From: a virus
Reading direction: 5' to 3' (one strand)
DNA: 64,000 nt
Virus record (IMG/VR): IMGVR_UViG_3300010430_000004
Span: 104,537-168,536 of that record
Within the stretch, counting starts at the first letter, position 1. Each line of letters starts with the position of its first letter. The notes below the pieces were generated by a model. It did no database searches, had not been told where the DNA came from, and saw only the letters and a program-made list of their open reading frames with translations. This document shows, one piece after another, positions 48,500 through 56,681 of this stretch. A program made the translations under genes and the position numbers.

Positions 48500-48587
48500 T
48501 TATTATGAATAAAGAAAAGATAACAGAATCTAAATGGTGGAAGCGACAATTTGCTTATCACTATAAGAAATTTGGGGTTTGGTACTG

Positions 48588-49406
48588 ATGAAATTTAAAA
48601 AAGAAAACAATACTAGGCGTTATGTCTGGGTAGATCAATACGGAATTATTGGACACGCTTACCCTGGAGGGGTAGAAGGTGGAGATTCTGTTTGCTGGAA
48701 TGGACATTATAAGTATTTTTCTGAAATTGATGATGGCGTTTCTATGAGGGAAACCTTTGAAGTAGCCTTTGGAGGCTATGTTCGTCACCCACATCATCAC
48801 CCAATATACAATCGCTTTGGCTCTTATTATGAAAACGCTTATATGGGAGTTATTTCTCGTGACCAAAAGACTGGTGTTTTATTGGGCCTAATTGCCGAAA
48901 AAGATAGAATTGGAATGCTTAGACTAATAGCAAATTGGGCACTAAAGGGCTTTTTATTTAGCAACAATGTCGTCCACAATGGCGTAGAGCCCTCTGAGAC
49001 TAAATTCAATCTTATTAAATTTTTCTATAATCCTGAAGATAAAGAAAAAGGAATAAAAAGGACAAACCATTATCACATTCCAGGCTTTACTGGGCCAAAT
49101 ATGTGGCAGATGGCCCTTAGAGGTTTTGGGGTGTTTTCATGGTTATTTTGGCCAATCTTGTTCTTTCTAGATCTGCATATACTTTTAGATACTGGCTTTG
49201 AAAACGCTGATACTGATGACGATTCTATTAATTATCTTGGAAGATTGCACGTAGCTAAAACTATAGTGCCAACACCTATTAGTTGGTTGGCTGTTAAACT
49301 TCTAGATAAAGAAGAATTAAAACAAGAATTAGCTACATATTGGATTGGCTGGAGAGATAACCCTGGAATGTATGACATTCACGCAAAGGCTATTGATGCA
49401 CTCTAA
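48588..49406 (+). CDS. hypothetical protein with a hydrophobic segment
   Basis: TGATG coupling to a 27-aa micro-ORF (48505..48588). Confidence 0.75.
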   Translation: MKFKKENNTRRYVWVDQYGIIGHAYPGGVEGGDSVCWNGHYKYFSEIDDGVSMRETFEVAFGGYVRHPHHHPIYNRFGSYYENAYMGVISRDQKTGVLLGLIAEKDRIGMLRLIANWALKGFLFSNNVVHNGVEPSETKFNLIKFFYNPEDKEKGIKRTNHYHIPGFTGPNMWQMALRGFGVFSWLFWPILFFLDLHILLDTGFENADTDDDSINYLGRLHVAKTIVPTPISWLAVKLLDKEELKQELATYWIGWRDNPGMYDIHAKAIDAL

Positions 49407-49731
49407 AACTGTTCTTCTTATTGATGACGCTCGTGATGAAGGCCATAAAAAGATACATAGGCGAGTAGATATTATTGCCAGAAATTATTGGACAGGCATT
49501 GAATGTCTTAAGTTAAGAAAATGGGACTTATTGCTTCTTGATCACGACTTAAATAGCTTTGAAGACATTGCTGATGCTACTACTGAAAAGACTGGCTATG
49601 ATATTATGTGTTTTCTTGAGCAAAATCCAGAATACTTGCCTAAGAAAATAGAACTAGTCACTTCAAACCCTGCTGGAAGAAAAAATATGCAATTAGCTAT
49701 TGATGCTATTAAAAGAAGAGGGCTGTTGTGA
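49396..49731 (+). CDS. cyclic-phosphate-processing receiver-like domain protein
   Basis: LLIDDAR, LDHDL, TGYD, VTSNPAG. Confidence 0.75.
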   Translation: MHSKTVLLIDDARDEGHKKIHRRVDIIARNYWTGIECLKLRKWDLLLLDHDLNSFEDIADATTEKTGYDIMCFLEQNPEYLPKKIELVTSNPAGRKNMQLAIDAIKRRGLL

Positions 49732-49857
49732 GACTGGGTAGGGTAGAAATTGGCAAAACTGTCTGGGTTGCTAAGAAAATTAAAGAGCCATTTATAGCCC
49801 TATATAAAGGCAGCTGTGGTTGTATATTTCTTGATCTATTTTTTGCTACATTTTATA

Positions 49858-49886
49858 TTACTTGGTTGGGAAATGAGTGTTATGAT
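49858..49886 (+). promoter_or_regulatory. possible class I promoter variant
   Basis: TTACTT-17-TATGAT with TGT extended -10, upstream of the FKBP gene. Confidence 0.5.
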
Positions 49887-49912
49887 ATTATTAAAAATAA
49901 AGGAGAAAATCA

Positions 49913-50521
49913 ATGAACCCAAAAGTTAAAAATTATTCTAGAAAGCAACGAAGAAACCCTGCTTATCATGGGGAAATTCTAGACCAACACGCTAATGCGC
50001 TTAAGCAAATGGAAAACGCTGTTGTTCGCAATATTAAAAGTTTAAATGCACTGAATAAAGATTTTACTAGTCTTCTTCGCCTCAATCCAGCTGATACGAT
50101 TACTGAAGGTGACATGGTTGTTGTCGATTTTGTTGGTCGTTTAGTTAATGAAGATCGTTCATTAGGCGATGGCTTTCAAGGAAATTCTGCTAAAGGCATG
50201 ACAATTAAAACTCTTGGAAATGGTGAATTGGTTGAAGGTTTTGAAGACCAGCTAGTTGGTTTGAAGGTTGGAGATACTGTAGAAGTTGATTTAACTTTTC
50301 CAGAAGACTATCACCCTCACCTTGCTAAAAAAGATGTTAAATTTTTCGTAGCAATTATGGAAGTTCTTCGTGAGCCAGCCAATGGTGGTTACGTTGATCA
50401 AAAGTTAGCAGACCTTGATAAGTATAATGCTGAAAAAATTAAAAAAAGTGAAGACTCTATGAAAGCCGCTCAAAAGCTTGCTGGAGTTTCGGAAGATACA
50501 GAAGTTGAAGTGAAATCGTAA
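49913..50521 (+). CDS. trigger-factor-like FKBP peptidyl-prolyl isomerase domain protein
   Basis: GDMVVVDFVG, LG...LVEGFEDQLVG.K.GD, LTFPEDYH..LA.K.V.F. Confidence 0.88.
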   Translation: MNPKVKNYSRKQRRNPAYHGEILDQHANALKQMENAVVRNIKSLNALNKDFTSLLRLNPADTITEGDMVVVDFVGRLVNEDRSLGDGFQGNSAKGMTIKTLGNGELVEGFEDQLVGLKVGDTVEVDLTFPEDYHPHLAKKDVKFFVAIMEVLREPANGGYVDQKLADLDKYNAEKIKKSEDSMKAAQKLAGVSEDTEVEVKS

Positions 50522-50730
50522 TGATTTCAATAAAAGCAGTCAGTAATTCTGGTTCTAGCTTACAAAAACTGTTCGAAAATGAACAAGCAGATGAAGCTAT
50601 GGAATATTATAGAGAATTGAGCAAAGAAGGATATTCTGTTCAATACACTTCTCTCCCAGATATGACTGTTGAACAATATATCACAGATTTAAATAATAGG
50701 GTTAAGAAAATTCTAGACCCTAATGCCTAA
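50521..50730 (+). CDS. hypothetical protein
   Basis: TAATG coupling; followed by terminator. Confidence 0.6.
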   Translation: MISIKAVSNSGSSLQKLFENEQADEAMEYYRELSKEGYSVQYTSLPDMTVEQYITDLNNRVKKILDPNA

Positions 50731-50746
50731 GGGCTCCTTTGTTTTG

Positions 50747-50773
50747 GTCTCACCTCTCCGGTGGGACTTTTTT
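50747..50773 (+). terminator. rho-independent terminator
   Basis: GTCTCACC-TCTCC-GGTGGGAC stem then T6. Confidence 0.85.
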
Positions 50774-50788
50774 ATTTCAAAAAAATAG

Positions 50789-50817
50789 TAGCTTTTTTCA
50801 GAAAACCATGTTATGAT
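50789..50817 (+). promoter_or_regulatory. class I promoter
   Basis: TAGCTT-17-TATGAT with CATGT. Confidence 0.85.
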
Positions 50818-50837
50818 AAATTTAACTGGAGGTTTTT

Positions 50838-51149
50838 ATGAAAAAAGAATATTTAAAATATTTAATTTCTGGAATAGATGGCAAAATTCTATTTGCTATT
50901 GAAGTCTGTGGTCATAAAAAACAAGTCGAAGGTTGGCCAAAATATTTGAAATATTATGGTGGTCCGGTTTATGCCGTTGATCAAGATGGAATTGTTTATA
51001 ATTGCAAAAGAAACGATATACATGAAAATGGAAATTTAATCCCAATGAAAGATAGGAAGGCTAAGGCTTTTACTATAGTTGAGCCTTCTTGTGATAAAAA
51101 GGCCATTAACTTTGGCAAGGAAATGTTGGAATGGTACAAAGCAATTTAG
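50838..51149 (+). CDS. hypothetical protein
   Basis: GGAGG RBS. Confidence 0.7.
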   Translation: MKKEYLKYLISGIDGKILFAIEVCGHKKQVEGWPKYLKYYGGPVYAVDQDGIVYNCKRNDIHENGNLIPMKDRKAKAFTIVEPSCDKKAINFGKEMLEWYKAI

Positions 51150-51311
51150 TAGAAAATCCAATAACAAAATTGGAAAAAGAAATTGAAAAATATGAAAAAG
51201 TGGTAGACAATATGCCAGCTTGCAGCTTTAGGGATACTTTTGTTGATAAGGTATATTTGCTCAAGAAACAATTAAAAGCTGCTAAAAAGAAAGCAGAAAA
51301 GAAGGTACAAA

Positions 51312-51590
51312 ATGAAATCTAAAAACGGACAATTTTGGATGGAAGCTAGTATAGCAACCAACGATGATGATAAAATACTTGAAGTCACTGCTGGACCCTA
51401 TGATTATAACGCCAATACAGATGGGTTTAAGGTAACTATAAAAAGCTGTGATATAAAAGATCCAAAAATATATACAGAGCTTTGGCTAACCCCTAGAGAA
51501 CTTGATAGTGTTGCCAAAATGTTTGCTGCTGTTAGAAAGCATCACAATACTATGGCTAAATATGAAAAAGGAGATAAGGATGAGAATTGA
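51312..51590 (+). CDS. hypothetical protein
   Basis: Operon tiling. Confidence 0.65.
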   Translation: MKSKNGQFWMEASIATNDDDKILEVTAGPYDYNANTDGFKVTIKSCDIKDPKIYTELWLTPRELDSVAKMFAAVRKHHNTMAKYEKGDKDEN

Positions 51591-51782
51591 TATTTGTGTA
51601 GTTTTAATTAGTGCCTTTATCGAAAAGAACCAAATCTGGCTTGCTGGCTCACCTGGATGCCAATTTGCTGAGGTTTATAGTGTTGCCCAAGATAATGGCG
51701 ATGAAGAAATTATGGCTTGCCTAGACAGGGTAGATGAGCTTGGAATGGTTGAACACTGCTTTAGCGAGCTATAGGAGAGGTT

Positions 51783-52169
51783 ATGAAGGTTTTAATTAAC
51801 GACTGTTTTGGTGGGTTTGGAATAAGCACTGAAGGTTTTGAATGGCTTATTAAAAATAAGAACTGGAAAGTTACAGAGTTTAAAGATAGAGGATATAAAG
51901 ATGAAACTGCCCAAATAGTTTTATCTAATAGTGGAAAGATAGACATGAGCCCAATGGGTATTGAGTACTATTTCACTCAAAGTAGAAGTGATAATAGTCT
52001 TAGGACAAATGCTGATCTTATCGAAATGGTAGAAACTTTAGGGTCAGAAAAAGCCTCTGGGAGATTTTCCGAGCTTAAAATTTTAGAAATACCAGATAAT
52101 GTGGATTTTACCATTGAAGACTACGATGGCAGTGAACATATCGCTGAAGTGCATAGGACTTGGAGATAG
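51783..52169 (+). CDS. conserved-looking phage protein (INxCFGGF...EDYDG type)
   Basis: GGAGAGG RBS; motif pattern. Confidence 0.75.
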   Translation: MKVLINDCFGGFGISTEGFEWLIKNKNWKVTEFKDRGYKDETAQIVLSNSGKIDMSPMGIEYYFTQSRSDNSLRTNADLIEMVETLGSEKASGRFSELKILEIPDNVDFTIEDYDGSEHIAEVHRTWR

Positions 52170-52170
52170 T

Positions 52171-52470
52171 ATGTTTGGGTTTTTAAAGAAGAGAAAAATA
52201 ACATTAACAAAAGATATAGTTGAAGATATTAAAAATCTACCAAAAGAAGAGGAGGCTTATATAACTAGTATTTTGGATATAATCACGCCTGAATATTTAG
52301 AAAATAAGGCCGTAAAAACTATGGATTTTTATTATACCTTTATAAGTGACAGTATTGTTTATTTTATTAAGGTAAAAAAAGATATTTGCATTTTTGAATG
52401 GAAAATACCATCAAGCTATACTACGTTAAAAGAACTTGGAGAAACAAACAAGGATGAAAAAGAAGGATAA
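52171..52470 (+). CDS. hypothetical protein
   Basis: GGAG RBS before ATG 52171. Confidence 0.6.
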   Translation: MFGFLKKRKITLTKDIVEDIKNLPKEEEAYITSILDIITPEYLENKAVKTMDFYYTFISDSIVYFIKVKKDICIFEWKIPSSYTTLKELGETNKDEKEG

Positions 52471-52568
52471 AATTTTATTAGCAATAGCAATATTTGCACC
52501 ATTTGGTATTTCGATAGCATTGTCTATTAAAGCACACGATTTATATAAAGCTAAAAAGGAAAAGGAAA

Positions 52569-53069
52569 ATGAAGACAGAAGTAAAAATGACAGAAAAGAT
52601 GGGTAGAGGCGTATTTGCCACTGCTGATATTAAAATGGGCGAATTAATTATGGAAGACCATATTCTTCTTGTTCCCCATGATGAAACTACTTTTGCACTT
52701 TCCAGAACCATAGTCAATTTGTATGTTTTTGGCTTTGGAACAAAAGGAGTGGCAATTTCTCTAGGTCATGGAAGTTTGATCAATCACGACCCTAGCCCTA
52801 GTGTAGAAGTTCACCAACAACATGATAAAGACACTATTCAGTTTGTAGCTAACCAAGATATCAAGGCTGGTGATGAGATTTTTATAGATTATATGTATAC
52901 TATAGAAAAAGCTCACGGTATTTATGAAAGAACAAGAGCGTCATATAAAGATGGCACTGCCCAAGCAGCAATGAAGGGCACTGAAACTAAATATTCTAGA
53001 GATGATATGATCAAGGCTCTTGACCTTGCTGAAAAAGATCTAAAAGAATTAAACCAAAGGTCATTATGA
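52569..53069 (+). CDS. SET domain protein (second paralog)
   Basis: MGRGVFATADI..GE, GSLINHD..PS, IKAGDEIFIDY. Confidence 0.9.
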   Translation: MKTEVKMTEKMGRGVFATADIKMGELIMEDHILLVPHDETTFALSRTIVNLYVFGFGTKGVAISLGHGSLINHDPSPSVEVHQQHDKDTIQFVANQDIKAGDEIFIDYMYTIEKAHGIYERTRASYKDGTAQAAMKGTETKYSRDDMIKALDLAEKDLKELNQRSL

Positions 53070-53308
53070 AACATTTAAGAGAAATTCACAACGCTTCATT
53101 AAAGCAAACAAAAATGGAAATACGCAAGGCAAGGACCGTATTGGTTTTTGCCAGTGCTTTAGATAGTGTGGTTAAAATTTCTAAAAAAGAGGCACTGGCC
53201 TCTTTAAGTAACTTTGCTGATTATGGTACTTTTGATTTGTTTATAGACGACAATCTTAAAGAGATTCAGGTGGAATACCCTTCACACGATTACCCAGCTT
53301 CTTTTTGA
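53066..53308 (+). CDS. hypothetical protein, last gene of the + arm
   Basis: ATGA coupling. Confidence 0.6.
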   Translation: MKHLREIHNASLKQTKMEIRKARTVLVFASALDSVVKISKKEALASLSNFADYGTFDLFIDDNLKEIQVEYPSHDYPASF

Positions 53309-53480
53309 GCTTTTTAATACGTCTTTCAATTACTCTTCTTTGTTTTCTGTTTAGTTTTAGTTTATGCTTTTTTTCTTCAATTTTTATAGAATGAACAGTT
53401 GTACACTCGCACCTTGTAGTGTTGTATTTGGTTTCCTTACAATAATCACAATAAAAGTCAGTATAGGTAGTTGAGTACAT
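53256..53480 (-). CDS. small zinc-ribbon/basic protein
   Basis: CDYC..CEC, LNRKQRR; TAATG coupling with the MuF gene. Confidence 0.55.
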   Translation of the reverse strand: MYSTTYTDFYCDYCKETKYNTTRCECTTVHSIKIEEKKHKLKLNRKQRRVIERRIKKLKKKLGNRVKGIPPESL

Positions 53481-54226
53481 TATAACATCTTCTTCTGTGC
53501 TTCATATTGATCGTGTTTGCGACCAATATAGGTGACCCTACCCTTGTCATCAAAACCATAGCCAGGTGCCAGAAACGTCAACACACAGCGACAGTTAGGG
53601 TGTCCACCATATATACTTGGCGCATTCATTCCTTTTTTCCAAAACTCATGTTTTATTTCTGAAAGCTTCCACACTCTAGGAATAGTGGTACCTTCTATAA
53701 GGTGAAGGGTTTTTTCTGGTTCTTTAGCTGTTTTATCATCTAAAGTAACAACCCAAAACACATCAGGGTCTTCTACTCCTCTTTGACTGCTCATCTTTTC
53801 AATCTTCATTGCAGTAGACAAGTTTCTAATCTTAGTAGCTTCACTAGAAATGGCAGTTTTAAAATTAGAACCAGCAACAGATAATTCTTTACCTATTATG
53901 CTCCTGACTTTGTTAAAGTCTATAGGGTTGTCAGAATCAGCAGCTGAAACAGATTCACTAACTACTTTATCTAGTATTCTAGATTTGGTTCTGGCTTGAA
54001 GCCCTTCAATATAAGCGTTAGTGATTTGAAGAGAAGTCTTGAGTATATCTCTTTCTTCAGGGCCAGGATTTTCACCAAGACCAGATAAAAATATAGATAT
54101 GAGATTATTTTGGCGAGTAGATATCTTGCCACTTTTAGGATTAAAACCCATAAAGTCGTATGCCATAGACTGAAATAAATTGTCTATGATATTTGCTATC
54201 TTTGTCGTTGCTTTATTGCTTATCAC
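53480..54226 (-). CDS. head morphogenesis protein (MuF/SPP1 gp7-like)
   Basis: HPNCRC motif; downstream of portal. Confidence 0.75.
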   Translation of the reverse strand: MISNKATTKIANIIDNLFQSMAYDFMGFNPKSGKISTRQNNLISIFLSGLGENPGPEERDILKTSLQITNAYIEGLQARTKSRILDKVVSESVSAADSDNPIDFNKVRSIIGKELSVAGSNFKTAISSEATKIRNLSTAMKIEKMSSQRGVEDPDVFWVVTLDDKTAKEPEKTLHLIEGTTIPRVWKLSEIKHEFWKKGMNAPSIYGGHPNCRCVLTFLAPGYGFDDKGRVTYIGRKHDQYEAQKKML

Positions 54227-54794
54227 TCTTAATTGCCTTTTCTATTGCACTAGAAGCATCAGAACTTCCAGTATCCCAGTTGGCAATCATAGACTTTACT
54301 ACTTTATGCTGTTCAGTAAGTACTTTAGGAGCTGGTTTGCCTGTGGTAATATTTACTGCTTTTTTAGTTTCGTCAAGTTTACTAACTTTCCATAAACTTT
54401 TGTTTAGTTTCTCAGCATCGGCTTTAATCTTGTCTAAAGACTTTTGAAGTTCTTGTTTGTTTTTTCCACGAGACTTAGCAACTAAAGCTTCCATTTCCTG
54501 AAGAGATTGATCAAGTTCAGTAGCATTAGGATCACCCTGTTCAGCAGCTATATCTGCTTGTTCAGCGTTTAGTGCAGCAGGATCTTGTCCAGTAGGATCT
54601 TCTTGTCCAGGCAAACCTGCTTGGGCAGCAGCTTCAGCTTGAGCTTGGGCTTCTTTTTCAGCTGCCATTTGCTCTTTCTCAGCGTCATCTAGACCTTTTT
54701 GATAACCTTTTTGAAAAGCTAAATCAACTCCGTTCATATACTTACTGAGTAAGGTTTTATATTTAACTTCCCAATCAGTTTTCTTCATCATCAT
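54213..54794 (-). CDS. hypothetical head-associated protein
   Basis: Between portal and MuF genes; Ala/Gln-rich with repeated xxKS. Confidence 0.65.
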   Translation of the reverse strand: MMMKKTDWEVKYKTLLSKYMNGVDLAFQKGYQKGLDDAEKEQMAAEKEAQAQAEAAAQAGLPGQEDPTGQDPAALNAEQADIAAEQGDPNATELDQSLQEMEALVAKSRGKNKQELQKSLDKIKADAEKLNKSLWKVSKLDETKKAVNITTGKPAPKVLTEQHKVVKSMIANWDTGSSDASSAIEKAIKSDKQ

Positions 54795-56649
54795 CTCCTA
54801 AATCAGCCATTTCTTGATCGATCATTTCTTGAATAAGCATTTTATAATTTTCAAAAGCAAACTCTGGATCTTCAGCGTAAAAAGCCCTAACAGCATTTGG
54901 ATTAGTATCCATCATAAGCTGTAGGTTTTGCTGCCAAAAGGCATCTCTTTTATATTTTAATATCGTATTGAAAAAGTGGGCAGGATCTTCTAATTTTTCG
55001 CCCATAAACTTGTTAACATCTATATATTTATCAACTATGAGGCCGTGATATTCGTTAAATAAAACGTCTCCACCAAGATGGGGTCCAACTTTTTGTTTGT
55101 CAACTTCTTCAAGGATTTCATCCATACTCATATGAATTGGTTGATCCTGCTGAAGTCTGAGGGACTCTTCTTGTCTAGACTGTGCATCAAGACCAGAAAG
55201 TTTGATTTCTACTATTTGAGCAAGCTCAGGGTCAACAATGGGTAACAACTTTCTATTAAGAAAATCTTGCCATTTTAGTATAAGTGGACGCAAGCCAGTA
55301 TCACGAGCAGCAGTTAATTTAAATTCGTTATTACTCTCAGATAGGGTTTTTTGATTAGTTCCACGGCTAAGGTGAGTATATCCAGGCAATTCATCTGGAC
55401 TCATATTAAAAGCTGCTAGGATATTTCTAGAAACTTCTTCATAAAGGAATTCAAATTCTCCATCTTTCTTTTGAGGAGATGTAGAAATCCATTCAACTTT
55501 ATCGTCTTGCCCAACACCAAAGATAGGTGTTCTAAAGGCGTTTTCAACAGAGTTAATGTTGGCCATATATTCTTGTTTAACCTGATCAATAACTGCTTGG
55601 TCAGCTTCATCGCTTTGGAATACTAAAATTCCCTTGGAAGCTTTACCATTCATAAAGTATAATTTTCTATAAGACTCAATACTTAGATGAGTGGTTATAC
55701 TTGAAAGAATGTTATCCATAGGGGTAACAGGATAGTCATTGTGTTCAACATCAGTAGATGGGTATAAGTTTTGTACAAGAAGCTCTTCAGATGAAAATGC
55801 CTGTCTAGGAATTCCATCTATTTCTTGAATCCATTCGTACTGATCTCTTTTAAGCATTTCAATGTTAATGTCTATAGTTTCGCCTGAAATTTGCTCTAAT
55901 AATCTAATTGATTGTTCACGAACACCTTTAGCATACTCACCATGGCGAACTGCACGTTTAATAGTACCAATATCTATTGGTCTAAAGTATTGAAATTTTC
56001 CATCTTCATCATAAGTAACATCTGTACCATGACGACCAAAAGAAATACCGTTTTTAGTCTGAACAAAGAAATAGTCAGATAAGGATAGTTTTTCCTCTTC
56101 CTGCATATCGTCAGGCTCATAACCGCAAGTAACTAGTATATTCTTGATGTCATTCATTCTGGCTTCAATTTTAACTACTTCTTGATCAGTGAAAACACCT
56201 TCAAATTCAGATTTAATGTCAATCTCAAGACCAATGTCAAACCTGTCAGCTTTAAAGCTTCCGAACATAGATAATGTATTACCACGAGCGTTGATAATGG
56301 CAGCAATTAGGTGATCCTGTACGCGTATATCCTTGATATAGCTATCAGGTATCAGTTTTCCTTTGTTCTTATAAATACCAGCATAATTGTCGTGGTTGTT
56401 AGGTTTTTCAGTAATAGCTAGACGTGGAAGTACGATTGAGCCTCTTTTAGACTCACCTTGCAATCTTTTTGCAACAAATTCAAGGCTTTGGCCATTTTCA
56501 TCTTTATTAAGTGGCTCATATCCCATTTCTTGCATCATTTCAGATGCAGCAGGGGCAGCAGCAAAAATTATGTCTCTTTTTTCACTCTTTTTGACAGGAG
56601 CTTTTTTAGCTCTAGGAGTGGGTTTTTTAGGTTTTTTGTCTTCAGCCAT
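54775..56649 (-). CDS. portal protein
   Basis: F.NG...KGIL, DGEFEFLY...ILAAFNMSPDEL, GLRPL; directly follows terminase. Confidence 0.85.
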   Translation of the reverse strand: MAEDKKPKKPTPRAKKAPVKKSEKRDIIFAAAPAASEMMQEMGYEPLNKDENGQSLEFVAKRLQGESKRGSIVLPRLAITEKPNNHDNYAGIYKNKGKLIPDSYIKDIRVQDHLIAAIINARGNTLSMFGSFKADRFDIGLEIDIKSEFEGVFTDQEVVKIEARMNDIKNILVTCGYEPDDMQEEEKLSLSDYFFVQTKNGISFGRHGTDVTYDEDGKFQYFRPIDIGTIKRAVRHGEYAKGVREQSIRLLEQISGETIDINIEMLKRDQYEWIQEIDGIPRQAFSSEELLVQNLYPSTDVEHNDYPVTPMDNILSSITTHLSIESYRKLYFMNGKASKGILVFQSDEADQAVIDQVKQEYMANINSVENAFRTPIFGVGQDDKVEWISTSPQKKDGEFEFLYEEVSRNILAAFNMSPDELPGYTHLSRGTNQKTLSESNNEFKLTAARDTGLRPLILKWQDFLNRKLLPIVDPELAQIVEIKLSGLDAQSRQEESLRLQQDQPIHMSMDEILEEVDKQKVGPHLGGDVLFNEYHGLIVDKYIDVNKFMGEKLEDPAHFFNTILKYKRDAFWQQNLQLMMDTNPNAVRAFYAEDPEFAFENYKMLIQEMIDQEMADLGDDDEEN

Positions 56650-56681
56650 TAAATATCCTCTAAATATTAAAGATTACTTCT

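Noticed and set aside
225-52000. Numerous - strand ORFs of 60-110 aa in the + arm, and + strand ORFs within 54-64 kb
   Set aside because: They lie antisense to well-supported genes, lack an RBS and have atypical composition, so they are treated as shadow ORFs.
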